Assembly (NCBI GenBank): GCA_030765485.1
Contig: JAVCCR010000010.1
Location: 1-51,394 of the forward strand
From: Candidatus Gygaella obscura
GTDB lineage: Bacteria; Omnitrophota; Gorgyraeia; Gygaellales; Gygaellaceae
DNA length: 51,394 nt
Direction: 5' to 3'
Position numbers and translations under genes: made by a program. Position 1 is the stretch's first letter, and every line of letters begins with the position of its first letter. Shown in pieces: positions 1 to 8,109 of this stretch. The notes below the pieces were generated by a model that saw only the letters and a program-made list of their open reading frames with translations, searched no databases and had not been told where the DNA came from.

Positions 1-2
1 CA

Positions 3-293
3 CTTTTTGGTTATTCTGGTGAAAAAAGCGTAAATGAAATGAGTGGATCAATTAATAATTTGAGTTGTTCAATTGGTTCTGAAAATGATGTTTTAGAGTT
101 TGCCAAAGTGTTAGAAGCTTTGAATGTCCCAGCATTATCAAATGCTGTTGCCGAAGCTTATAGCGCTCCTGGTCAGGATACAAGAGGTACAAGGGGAGTA
201 CAGCAGACAGGAATTGGTAATTTAGTTCCGGCTCAAAATCCTATACCTGAAGATTTAAAGGATCTGGGTACTACTGCTGCAAGTCCAATTTAA
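3..293 (+). CDS. C-terminal part of a hypothetical protein (5' end outside the window)
   Basis: Frame is open from position 3 (LFGYSGEKSVNE-MSGS...) to the stop at 291-293 and is followed by a strong terminator. Confidence 0.6.
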   Translation, partial: LFGYSGEKSVNEMSGSINNLSCSIGSENDVLEFAKVLEALNVPALSNAVAEAYSAPGQDTRGTRGVQQTGIGNLVPAQNPIPEDLKDLGTTAASPI

Positions 294-324
294 TTAGGTC
301 TGATTGAGTTTAAAGAACATATTT

Positions 325-354
325 TAGGGAGGTTTTAACCTCCCTATTTTTTTT
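325..354 (+). terminator. Rho-independent terminator
   Basis: TAGGGAGGTT-tt-AACCTCCCTA stem followed by T8. Confidence 0.9.
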
Positions 355-407
355 ATATAATCCAACCATAGTTAAGGTGTATTTCTGATAAAAGAAGGCA
401 TTTTGTT

Positions 408-452
408 CTCATAACCTTGAGTTTCTCAGTTCAAATCTGAGTCCCGCAACCA
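408..452 (+). pseudogene. 3' half of a tRNA-Met (fMet-like); probable att scar
   Basis: CTCATAACC anticodon loop, T-arm CTCAG-TTCAAAT-CTGAG and end TCCCGCAACCA; no 5' acceptor or D arm upstream. Confidence 0.75.
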
Positions 453-455
453 GAT

Positions 456-490
456 AAAACCCGTATATCGACGAGATATGCGGGTTTTTT
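456..490 (+). terminator. Rho-independent terminator after the tRNA fragment
   Basis: AAAACCCGTATATC / GATATGCGGGTTTT stem plus T tract. Confidence 0.85.
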
Positions 491-512
491 GTTTACCCTG
501 CTAATGAGGCTA

Positions 513-544
513 TTACTACCAATTACGCTCAATTACTACCAATT
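513..544. repeat. Direct repeat TTACTACCAATT x2 (integrase arm-type-like sites)
   Basis: Copies at 513-524 and 533-544; CAATT recurs with 10-bp period. Confidence 0.55.
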
Positions 545-617
545 TTGATCAATTGTTGACACTAATTAGGCACTGTTGGTTGTTGGGTTAAAGAATTGTT
601 ATTGTTGTAAGAAAAGA

Positions 618-640
618 GCGGAGAGTGGAGAGATCCAACC
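618..640 (-). other. Degenerate tRNA-Ser-like 3' end (att core remnant)
   Basis: Minus strand reads GGTTGGATCTCTCCACTCTCCGC, resembling GGTTCGAATCCCTCCCTCTCCGCCA. Confidence 0.4.
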
Positions 641-649
641 TAAGATATA

Positions 650-859
650 ATGGATAAATTACTCACTCCTAAACAATTGAGCGAATTGCTTCAAATTAAG
701 CTATCTACAGTGTATAAATGGTCTCATTATGGATATGTTCCTTACGTAAGGATTGGTGACCTTGTGAGGTTCAAGGAAAAGAGAATTAAAGAGTGGTTAA
801 AGAAAAGAGAAAGAAAAGGGAGAAAATCATTGAGAATACACGCAATTAAAAATTATTAA
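650..859 (+). CDS. Excisionase-family helix-turn-helix protein (HTH_17 / Xis-like)
   Basis: LLTPKQLSELLQIKLSTVYKW...VPYVRIGDLVRF...IKEWL is the typical Xis/HTH_17 pattern. Confidence 0.85.
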   Translation: MDKLLTPKQLSELLQIKLSTVYKWSHYGYVPYVRIGDLVRFKEKRIKEWLKKRERKGRKSLRIHAIKNY

Positions 860-945
860 ATATTACTTGTTTCTATTATTGGTGAGATGTAATATATAAT
901 TATAGTTTTAAGTAATATGATTTCTATATGATTGGTAGGTATGTT

Positions 946-1347
946 ATGAAAAATAAATATAGACATTTAGAGATGATCCAAGGAATTATCAGTAGAATGG
1001 CCAGTAATTCTTTTTTACTGAAAGGATGGAGCGTTATTGTAGTGTCAGCATTATTTGCTTTGGCGGCTAAGGATGCAAATAGTTCTTTTGTGTATTTAGC
1101 ATTTTTTCCTGCCTTAGCTTTTTGGATTCTGGACGGCTATTTTTTAAGGCAAGAAAAACTTTTTCGAGCGCTTTATGATCATGTTAGGGGATTAGCAGAA
1201 GAAAAAATAGACTTTTCAATGGATGTGTCGGCAGTAAAAGAAAAAGTTGTTTCTTGGTTTAAATCAGCTACATCGATAACTCTTTCTATATTTCATGGGG
1301 TTATTTGCGTTTCTATTTTAATTGTGATAATCATAATTTCTATATAA
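946..1347 (+). CDS. Three-TM membrane protein (HLEMIQ..RMASNSFLLKGW family), putative defence effector coupled to TIR
   Basis: Three hydrophobic segments; ends 16 nt before the TIR gene; upstream in-frame ATG at 928 also possible. Confidence 0.7.
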   Translation: MKNKYRHLEMIQGIISRMASNSFLLKGWSVIVVSALFALAAKDANSSFVYLAFFPALAFWILDGYFLRQEKLFRALYDHVRGLAEEKIDFSMDVSAVKEKVVSWFKSATSITLSIFHGVICVSILIVIIIISI

Positions 1348-1363
1348 AAAGGAGGTTCTTAAG

Positions 1364-1807
1364 ATGGCAAGAAAAACATTTTTTAGCTTTAAATACAAAC
1401 AAGACGTTTCGAGAGCAATGGTTGTTAGAAACAGTTGGGTTACTCAAGGAAGAGAAGCGGCAGGTTTTATTGATGCGGCAAATTTTGAAGCGCTAAAGAA
1501 AAAAGGTGACGCAGAAATAAAGAAATGGATAGATAAGCAATTAGATGGAACTTCGGTAACCGTTATATTAGTGGGTGAAAAGACATGTAGTAGTCGATGG
1601 GTAAAATATGAAATTGAAAAAAGTATAAAAATAGGCAATGGTCTTCTCGGTATAGATATAAGCAAAATAAAAGATTTACAGAAGAATACTTCGGAAAAAT
1701 GTGGACAGATACCCAAAGGATATGATTTTTATTTATGGAACAATGACGACGGTTATCATAAAATGGGTGATTGGATTGAAAAAGCAGCGAAAGACGCCGA
1801 CAGATGA
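1364..1807 (+). CDS. thsB: ThsB-like TIR domain protein (MTH538 / DUF1863 family)
   Basis: RKTFFSF..D..R..VVRNSW, TSVTVILVG and RWVKYEI with catalytic-position Glu83; AGGAGG RBS. Confidence 0.85.
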   Translation: MARKTFFSFKYKQDVSRAMVVRNSWVTQGREAAGFIDAANFEALKKKGDAEIKKWIDKQLDGTSVTVILVGEKTCSSRWVKYEIEKSIKIGNGLLGIDISKIKDLQKNTSEKCGQIPKGYDFYLWNNDDGYHKMGDWIEKAAKDADR

Positions 1808-1877
1808 TTCATTATGTTTAATTTTTCCAGGGCGTTAGAGTAATTAAACTTACAGGAAAGAGAGTAAGCAGATTTTC

Positions 1878-1940
1878 TGCGCCCAAATTGCGCCCATCTA
1901 AAGCGAAAACACAGTAGACTACAGTAAACTAAAGTATAGT
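1878..1940. repeat. TGCGCCCA x2 plus 10-bp tandem ACAGTAGACT/ACAGTAAACT/AAAGTATAGT (recombinase arm or Xis-like sites)
   Basis: TGCGCCCA at 1878-1885 and 1889-1896; tandem decamers at 1911-1940. Confidence 0.55.
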
Positions 1941-2023
1941 AGGTAGAATCGTTAATCCTTTGACATGAAACAATTTACGTTGTAAATCTTCGTCGGAGAA
2001 AGAGTTACAATAACACGCTTGAC

Positions 2024-2043
2024 CGAATCACTCCCTCTTCGCC
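2024..2043 (+). other. Degenerate tRNA-Ser-like 3' end (att core remnant)
   Basis: CGAATCACTCCCTCTTCGCC resembles CGAATCCCTCCCTCTCCGCC. Confidence 0.45.
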
Positions 2044-2085
2044 TTTTTAGTAAGATAACCTTCAATAAGCAAATTTTAAAACGTC

Positions 2086-2114
2086 TTGCCAAGGATTCTC
2101 TCTAGCAGTATAAT
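2086..2114 (+). promoter_or_regulatory. Sigma70-type promoter
   Basis: TTGCCA-17 nt-TATAAT. Confidence 0.65.
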
Positions 2115-2181
2115 TAGCCTATTCACAAAGACGTGGTAAGTTAAAGGCGTTTAATGTTGATAAGCTCAAATTAGCACTTTT

Positions 2182-2216
2182 AGGCGATTTTTCTATTAAA
2201 GAGAATCGTTTTTTTA
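2182..2216 (+). terminator. Rho-independent terminator or attenuator about 70 nt after the promoter
   Basis: GGCGATTTTTCT-attaa-AGAGAATCGTT stem followed by T tract. Confidence 0.7.
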
Positions 2217-2324
2217 TTTGAAAGAAGCCTTAATGATAGATAAACAAAGAGAAGAGGGAAGAAATAAATGAATAAGGGGTTGAAGTTAGTAACTTTATTT
2301 TTGCAATTTTAATTCTTATAATAA

Positions 2325-2495
2325 GTTTTATTGCTTTATCAGAAAATAGTTTCCTTAAATAAAGAACAAAACATAGTAGAAAAAATGTTAGGGTGTGGGA
2401 ATGTTTTAATTGGGACTTCTGGCACTGGTGATTCTGAAATTAGAATACAAAACATCAATGATCCTGCAGGACTAATTAGTTTAATTAAAAGTTAG
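2325..2495 (+). pseudogene. Fragment of a bacterial PH (bPH_2-like) domain protein
   Basis: Frame reads IVSLNKEQNIVEKMLGCGNVLIGTSGTGDSEIRIQNINDP; upstream in-frame stop at 2322 and no proper N-terminus. Confidence 0.45.
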
Positions 2496-2524
2496 AAATA
2501 ATAATCAAGTTATAAAAGGTAAGA

Positions 2525-3127
2525 ATGGAAGATTTCGAGTTAATTAAAGGTTGCGTGTCGGGAGATAAGGAATCTTGGAATACATTTGTTGAGCAATATA
2601 CAAGACTAATTTATGATTCGATAATACGTACTTTTAGAAGATTCGGGGCAAGGATAGATAATGATATTATTGATGATTTACACAATGATATTTTTGTCGT
2701 GTTACTTAAAGACAACTATAGGGTATTAAGAGAGTTTGAAGGAAGAAATGGATGTTCGTTAGCTAGCTATATTAGGACTATCGGTGTACGCAAAACCATT
2801 GATTATTGGAGGAAACAACGGCCCACTATCTCAATAGATGCAGACAAGGATACAGAGGAAGGTAAGAAGGTACAATTTATTAAGGAATTGTCAGTTTTTA
2901 ACATTTTTGATTCACTCGAAAAAGAAGAAGCAGTTAATATTATCAACGAATTATTTATTGAATTAAAGGAAGAAGAAAGGAAATTCTGCTATTTATGTTT
3001 TATTGATGGTATAGAGCCAAAAGAGGCAGCTCAACAGTTAGGAATATCCGTAGATAACTTCTATGTTCGTAAGCAAAGAGCTTTGAATAAGTTAAAGAAA
3101 ATTGTAAAAGACAAAAAAATTTGTTAG
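2525..3127 (+). CDS. ECF-type RNA polymerase sigma factor
   Basis: LIKGCVSGDKESWNTFVEQY, DDLHNDIF, SLASYIRTI..RKTIDYWRK (region 2); EAAQQLGISVDNFYVRKQRA (region 4). Confidence 0.9.
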   Translation: MEDFELIKGCVSGDKESWNTFVEQYTRLIYDSIIRTFRRFGARIDNDIIDDLHNDIFVVLLKDNYRVLREFEGRNGCSLASYIRTIGVRKTIDYWRKQRPTISIDADKDTEEGKKVQFIKELSVFNIFDSLEKEEAVNIINELFIELKEEERKFCYLCFIDGIEPKEAAQQLGISVDNFYVRKQRALNKLKKIVKDKKIC

Positions 3128-3152
3128 ATTTTGGTTCCTGTTTCGTCTATTG
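3122..3152 (+). promoter_or_regulatory. Putative cognate ECF promoter, copy 1
   Basis: TGTTAGATTTTG-N10-CGTCTATTG overlapping the sigma stop codon, followed by AGGAGG RBS of the anti-sigma gene. Confidence 0.75.
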
Positions 3153-3171
3153 ACTTAGGAGGCGAATAGAT

Positions 3172-3831
3172 ATGAAAAAGAAAAAAAATAAATGTCCAGA
3201 TGTTGAAATGATAGCCTGTTATGTAGATGGTATCTTGCTTGATAGTCAAAAAGATCTTATAGAGAGTCATGCTAAAGAATGTAAACATTGTAAAGAAGAG
3301 ATAGAATGCCAAATTAGTATAGCAGGTCAGCAGAAACAAGAAGATTTGTCTTTTGCCCCGAAATATGTCACTGAGAGGGCTAAGAGTCTTGTGGATGAAA
3401 GGTTTGGTGTCAATGTTTTAGAACTTGTTGTTAAATTTACTGATAAGGCTATTGAAATTGTGCGTTCGAGTGGAGAAGTATTATTTGGAGGACAATTGCA
3501 GCCAGCTTATGCTTTGCGTGGTGAAGAATCAACAGATCGATCAACGCAGAGTATTATAAAGATTTTTAATGACATTAAAGTGGAAGTTGAAATCGTTAGA
3601 CAGGAAGATGAGTTTAACAAAATTATATTACAAATTAAGAATAATCAAACTGCAACGCCTATTGATGATTCAAGGGTTACTTTAATAGAAAAAGACATAG
3701 AAGTAGAGTCTTACATAATTCGAAATGGAAAGGCAATATTCGAGAATGTCAAACCAGGTCGCTATGCGATACAGATTTCAGATGTAGATAAGCCTATCGG
3801 AATAATAATGTTAGAATTAGATAAAGCATGA
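3172..3831 (+). CDS. Zinc-finger (zf-HC2/ZAS) anti-sigma factor, soluble, with C-terminal beta-sandwich domain
   Basis: C8...H33xxxC37xxC40; no TM; C-terminal NGKAIFENVKPGRYAIQI resembles carboxypeptidase-regulatory/Ig-like folds. Confidence 0.8.
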   Translation: MKKKKNKCPDVEMIACYVDGILLDSQKDLIESHAKECKHCKEEIECQISIAGQQKQEDLSFAPKYVTERAKSLVDERFGVNVLELVVKFTDKAIEIVRSSGEVLFGGQLQPAYALRGEESTDRSTQSIIKIFNDIKVEVEIVRQEDEFNKIILQIKNNQTATPIDDSRVTLIEKDIEVESYIIRNGKAIFENVKPGRYAIQISDVDKPIGIIMLELDKA

Positions 3832-6800
3832 TACATAATCCTACCTTTATTCTAGAAATATTAAGCGAGAAAAGCAAAATTTCAATGAGCCTTTATGAAA
3901 GAGGCTCAACGGTTCATCAATACGAAGAAGCTACCATTTCCTTTCAAGAAGTAAATAATTTATGTAAAGAGATAATAGGCCTTTTAAATAAAGCAAATAC
4001 GAAAGGAAAATTAGCTACTGGTATATCTTCTGAATTAAAAAAAGTTGGGCAAGTATTATATGACCAGTTATTGACTAATAATATAAAGCTTAAACTTAAG
4101 AATACTAAAATCGAGAATTTGCTAATTCTTATAGATGAAGGATTAGTGCAAATTCCGTGGGAGTTATTATACGATGGCGTTCAGTTTTTGTGTTTAAGAT
4201 TTAATATAGGCAGAAATGTAAAAACTCGCCAGACATTCAGAGAATCTAGCCAGAGAATAATAGGTTTTCCTATAAAAATGCTAATTTTAGCTGATCCTAC
4301 CAGTGATTTACAATTAGCACGTCAAGAAGCAAGTATTATAGAGAAGGAGTTGGATAAAAAACGTAAAATAATTAATGTTTCTAAGAAAGTAACTAATATC
4401 AATATTCAATATCTAAAGAAGAATTTAAGAGATTACGATATTGTTCATTTTGCTGGACATGCTGATTACGATTTTAAAGATGTATCTAACAGTGGATGGA
4501 GATTAATAGACGGGAGATTTACAGCTAAAGATATTATAAGCATGGGGACAACTTCGCCCTTGCCATCTATTGTTTTTTCCAATTCTTGTCAATCTGCACA
4601 GACAACGAGATGGCTAGTTGATAAGGATTTCGAAAATATAATATTTGGTTTAGCAAATGCATTTTTACTTGCAGGAGTTCGGCATTATATTGGAACTTTC
4701 TGGAAAATACCCGATGATATTGGCTTAAAGTTTGCAAAAGAATTTTATTATCAAATTGTTTTAGGAAGATCAATGGGGAATGCGATTAGAGAAGCTCGTT
4801 TAAAAACAGCAAAAGATTTCGGTGAGGACACAATAGTCTGGGCAAGTTATGTATTATACGGTGATCCTTCTGTCAGTTTTTTTGATTCTCAAAAGCCTCA
4901 ACATTGGCTAGAGAATAAGCGTAAAAAGTATACAAAACTTCTAAGTTTATTTGTAAGTCTGCTATTTATTGTTGGGATTTTTTTAGGAGTAAAAGTCTTT
5001 TCTACTAAAATTCTACCTCCTTCAGTTGCGATTTTAGATTTTAAGGATTTAAGTACAAATAAAATCGATTCATTTATCACTTATGCAATTACAGAAAATT
5101 TAAATAAGATATCTTCAGCAAATATTATTGATTTTTCTACAAGGCTAGCATCTAAGGATATCCCATTGGGGGAGTTAGCAAGCCAGTATAGAACAAAAAG
5201 ATTAATCACTGGTGAGTATATTAAGAAAGGCAATTCATTAATTATAAAAATTAAATTGATAAATCCTATCACTAGAAACATCATAAAGGCAAAGGAGATA
5301 GTCCTTAATGATGATATAGAATTAGGGGAAAATATTTCTTTGGTTCTATTAGATATGCTTAAAATAGGATTGACAGATAAAGAAAAATCAGAACTTTTGA
5401 GAAAGCCAACAGATAATCCAGACGCCTATAGAATTTTTGCACAAACGTGGGATTTGTATTTAAAGGGAAAATATAAAGAATCTTTAAGGCTTTGTAGAAA
5501 GGTCATAAAAATAGATCCTGAATATATAGCTGTTTATAAAAGAATGGGAAATATTTATGAAAGGCTTGGTCAAAGAGAGGAAGCCCTTGATTCATATTTT
5601 ACATGTGCAGATTTAAGCAAGAAAAATAATGATCTAGTAAATTTAGCAAATGCATATGCAAATATTGGGTCTGTATTACAAATATTAAAAAGAAGTCAAG
5701 ATGCATATGGCTATTATGAAAAAGCTTTGAAAATAAGTGATCAAGCTAAAGATGATTACAGTAGGGCTAAAATTTATAGTTTATTTGCAGGATGGCATGC
5801 AGAGAACAAAGAGTATGACAAGGCTATCGAATTAATCAGAGAAAGCATTGGCATTAATAAAAACAAGGAATATATATACAATCATAAGTATTATCTCGCT
5901 GCAGATTATAATCAAATGGGTATTATTCTAAAAGAGAAAGGGGAATTTGATGAGGCATTGGAATATTTTAATAAAAGCTTAGAAATATTTAAATTCTTAG
6001 GTGCAATTAGAGTTGAGAAAGAAGTAATTGAGCGAATAAACTCAGTTTTTAAACAACAGCAAGAAGAATATAAAGATACTCGAAGAAGAAAAGATGTTAG
6101 GTCGACTTCTTTTAATAAAATCGATATTCCTCAAGAACATTCTGACGCATCGATTAAGTATATAGAAAATTTTCTTGAAGAAGACAAAATTTTCTTAAAG
6201 GTAGTGAAAATATGCGATACTGCATCAAAACATCAAGATAAAGAAGAATATTTTCAGGCAATAGAGCTATACAAAGAAGCACTTGAACTAGATATTGATT
6301 ACAAAGAGCCATTACTTGCATTAGCCAACATTTATACATCTTTAGGCAAGAAAGATTTAGCTCTTGATTACTATTTTAAATATATAAAATTATGTAAATC
6401 TAATCAAGACAGTTTTTCTTTGATAAGTGCTTATTTTTCCATTGGTAATCTTTATGAAGAGATGAGCATAGATGGAAATGATCAAAGGAATCATGCGATG
6501 AAAAATTACAACAATGCTCGAGAATTAGCCAAAAAACTAAATTGTTCTTATTCGTTAGCTCAAGCATATATTGCTATAGGATGGTGGTATTCAGATTGGG
6601 AAATGGATTATAAAAAAGCTCTTGAATATTTATTGAAAGCAGAATATTTATTGAAGATTATAACACCTGAATTTGAGTTAGTAGAAGTTTATAACGATAT
6701 CGGATATCAATATCTCTATATGAATGAATATGATAAGGCATCAGAATATTTTTCAAGAAATTTTGAGTTGTTAAAATCCCTGGATCATAAAAAAGGGTTG

Positions 6801-7583
6801 ATGCGTTATTATGATAATATAGGAGGTATGTATTATTGTAGGGCCAATTATAGTGAAGCAATGGAGACATACAAAAAAGGTTTAGAAATAGCTGAGAAGT
6901 TAGAGTCCGAAGAAGATGAATTACTTTTCCAAAATGCTATTGCTCAGATATACGAGGAAAAAGGAGAATATATTAATGCAATTGATTTATATTCAAAGGC
7001 AATAAAGTTTTATGAATCTAAGAAGTTTAAATCCAGGACAACAAAATTGATTATGGCTGCAATTTATAGCGATCTTGGTAGCAGCTATTCAAAAATTGAT
7101 GATTATAATAATGCTTTTAAGAATTTAAATATTTCATTAAATTTCTATAAAGATCTTGATGATAGATCTGGTATTTCTGTTTGTTGTAATTCATTAGGTG
7201 TAGTTTATTTCTATCAAAATGATTTTGATGAAGCTTTAAGATATTATAATTTGGCCTTAAAAGAGTCAAAATTAGATAAGGAGCCAGATAATAGAGATTA
7301 TTCAATATACGGAAATATAGGGGAAGTCTATTATAAAAAAGGAGATAATGATAAAGCTTTAGTGTTTTACGATAAGGCCCTTAAATATTCTGAACAGTGC
7401 AATGACGATGCTTACAAAGCTTGGGTATATCAATATATTGGTTTAGCTTACGATAGGAAGGGTTTTAAAGATACCGCTTTAAAATATCTAACTCGAGCTA
7501 AAGAACTAATTTACAAGTTGAATACTGAAAAAGCAAGAGAGTATCAAGAAGGCTTGAAAAGGTTAAAGGAGCTTGGCAAATAA
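3828..7583 (+). CDS. CHAT (caspase-like) protease - TM - TolB_N-like - multi-TPR membrane protein
   Basis: QIPWELLYD, DIVHFAGH (H211), VFSNSC (C254), WASYVLYGD; TM about 371-388; PPSVAILDF and PTDNPDAY motifs; many TPRs; ATGA overlap with anti-sigma. Confidence 0.9.
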   Translation: MIHNPTFILEILSEKSKISMSLYERGSTVHQYEEATISFQEVNNLCKEIIGLLNKANTKGKLATGISSELKKVGQVLYDQLLTNNIKLKLKNTKIENLLILIDEGLVQIPWELLYDGVQFLCLRFNIGRNVKTRQTFRESSQRIIGFPIKMLILADPTSDLQLARQEASIIEKELDKKRKIINVSKKVTNINIQYLKKNLRDYDIVHFAGHADYDFKDVSNSGWRLIDGRFTAKDIISMGTTSPLPSIVFSNSCQSAQTTRWLVDKDFENIIFGLANAFLLAGVRHYIGTFWKIPDDIGLKFAKEFYYQIVLGRSMGNAIREARLKTAKDFGEDTIVWASYVLYGDPSVSFFDSQKPQHWLENKRKKYTKLLSLFVSLLFIVGIFLGVKVFSTKILPPSVAILDFKDLSTNKIDSFITYAITENLNKISSANIIDFSTRLASKDIPLGELASQYRTKRLITGEYIKKGNSLIIKIKLINPITRNIIKAKEIVLNDDIELGENISLVLLDMLKIGLTDKEKSELLRKPTDNPDAYRIFAQTWDLYLKGKYKESLRLCRKVIKIDPEYIAVYKRMGNIYERLGQREEALDSYFTCADLSKKNNDLVNLANAYANIGSVLQILKRSQDAYGYYEKALKISDQAKDDYSRAKIYSLFAGWHAENKEYDKAIELIRESIGINKNKEYIYNHKYYLAADYNQMGIILKEKGEFDEALEYFNKSLEIFKFLGAIRVEKEVIERINSVFKQQQEEYKDTRRRKDVRSTSFNKIDIPQEHSDASIKYIENFLEEDKIFLKVVKICDTASKHQDKEEYFQAIELYKEALELDIDYKEPLLALANIYTSLGKKDLALDYYFKYIKLCKSNQDSFSLISAYFSIGNLYEEMSIDGNDQRNHAMKNYNNARELAKKLNCSYSLAQAYIAIGWWYSDWEMDYKKALEYLLKAEYLLKIITPEFELVEVYNDIGYQYLYMNEYDKASEYFSRNFELLKSLDHKKGLMRYYDNIGGMYYCRANYSEAMETYKKGLEIAEKLESEEDELLFQNAIAQIYEEKGEYINAIDLYSKAIKFYESKKFKSRTTKLIMAAIYSDLGSSYSKIDDYNNAFKNLNISLNFYKDLDDRSGISVCCNSLGVVYFYQNDFDEALRYYNLALKESKLDKEPDNRDYSIYGNIGEVYYKKGDNDKALVFYDKALKYSEQCNDDAYKAWVYQYIGLAYDRKGFKDTALKYLTRAKELIYKLNTEKAREYQEGLKRLKELGK

Positions 7584-7613
7584 TATAAACTATTATATAT
7601 CATTGTGTTAGAG

Positions 7614-7648
7614 AAAAGAGACATAATTATAAAAATGTCTCTTTTTTT
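7614..7648 (+). terminator. Rho-independent terminator after the CHAT-TPR gene
   Basis: AAAAGAGACAT / ATGTCTCTTTT stem with T7. Confidence 0.75.
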
Positions 7649-7678
7649 GTTAGATTTTGTTTTTTCTTGCGTCTATTG
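7648..7678 (+). promoter_or_regulatory. Putative cognate ECF promoter, copy 2
   Basis: TGTTAGATTTTG-N10-CGTCTATTG with boxes and spacing identical to 3122-3152; followed by AAGGAGG RBS. Confidence 0.75.
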
Positions 7679-7691
7679 TTAGTGAAAGGAG

Positions 7692-7880
7692 GTGAGAAAC
7701 ATGGGAAAGGTGATAATAACAATTTTGGTAGGTTTAACGATTGGAATTAATAGCGTTTATGCTATGGTAGATGAGAGTAGCCGTAATTTAGTTATTAAAG
7801 GAAAAGAAAATAGGAATTATATACAACAGTCAGTTATAGTTGATGATTTTGGATCTTTAACAAACCTACGGAAGTTCTAA
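7692..7880 (+). CDS. Small secreted protein
   Basis: Signal-peptide-like N-terminus ending VYA; AAGGAGG RBS; ATG at 7701 is an alternative start. Confidence 0.6.
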   Translation: MRNMGKVIITILVGLTIGINSVYAMVDESSRNLVIKGKENRNYIQQSVIVDDFGSLTNLRKF

Positions 7881-7895
7881 AAAAGGAGACATATC

Positions 7896-8087
7896 ATGAA
7901 AAAATTAATTATTCTCGCATTAGCAATAGTAGTAAGTTTAAATCTGGCTAGTAGTGTTTTTGCAGCAACAAAATGGATAAGTGGTTATTCTACAAGAAGT
8001 GGACAGTACAGAAGCGGACATTTTAGAGATACTTCCAATGACGGCTATTTATATAATAATGCAAATTATTTAGGGTTAAATGATTAG
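7896..8087 (+). CDS. Small secreted protein with GYxxxxGxYxxxHxR motif
   Basis: Signal peptide ending VFA; mature KWISGYSTRSGQYRSGHFR; AAGGAG RBS. Confidence 0.75.
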   Translation: MKKLIILALAIVVSLNLASSVFAATKWISGYSTRSGQYRSGHFRDTSNDGYLYNNANYLGLND

Positions 8088-8109
8088 TAAAATGAAAAGG
8101 AGATATCAA

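Noticed and set aside
380-452. Intact tRNA-Met
   Set aside because: The 5' acceptor strand and D arm are missing; only the 3' half is recognisable
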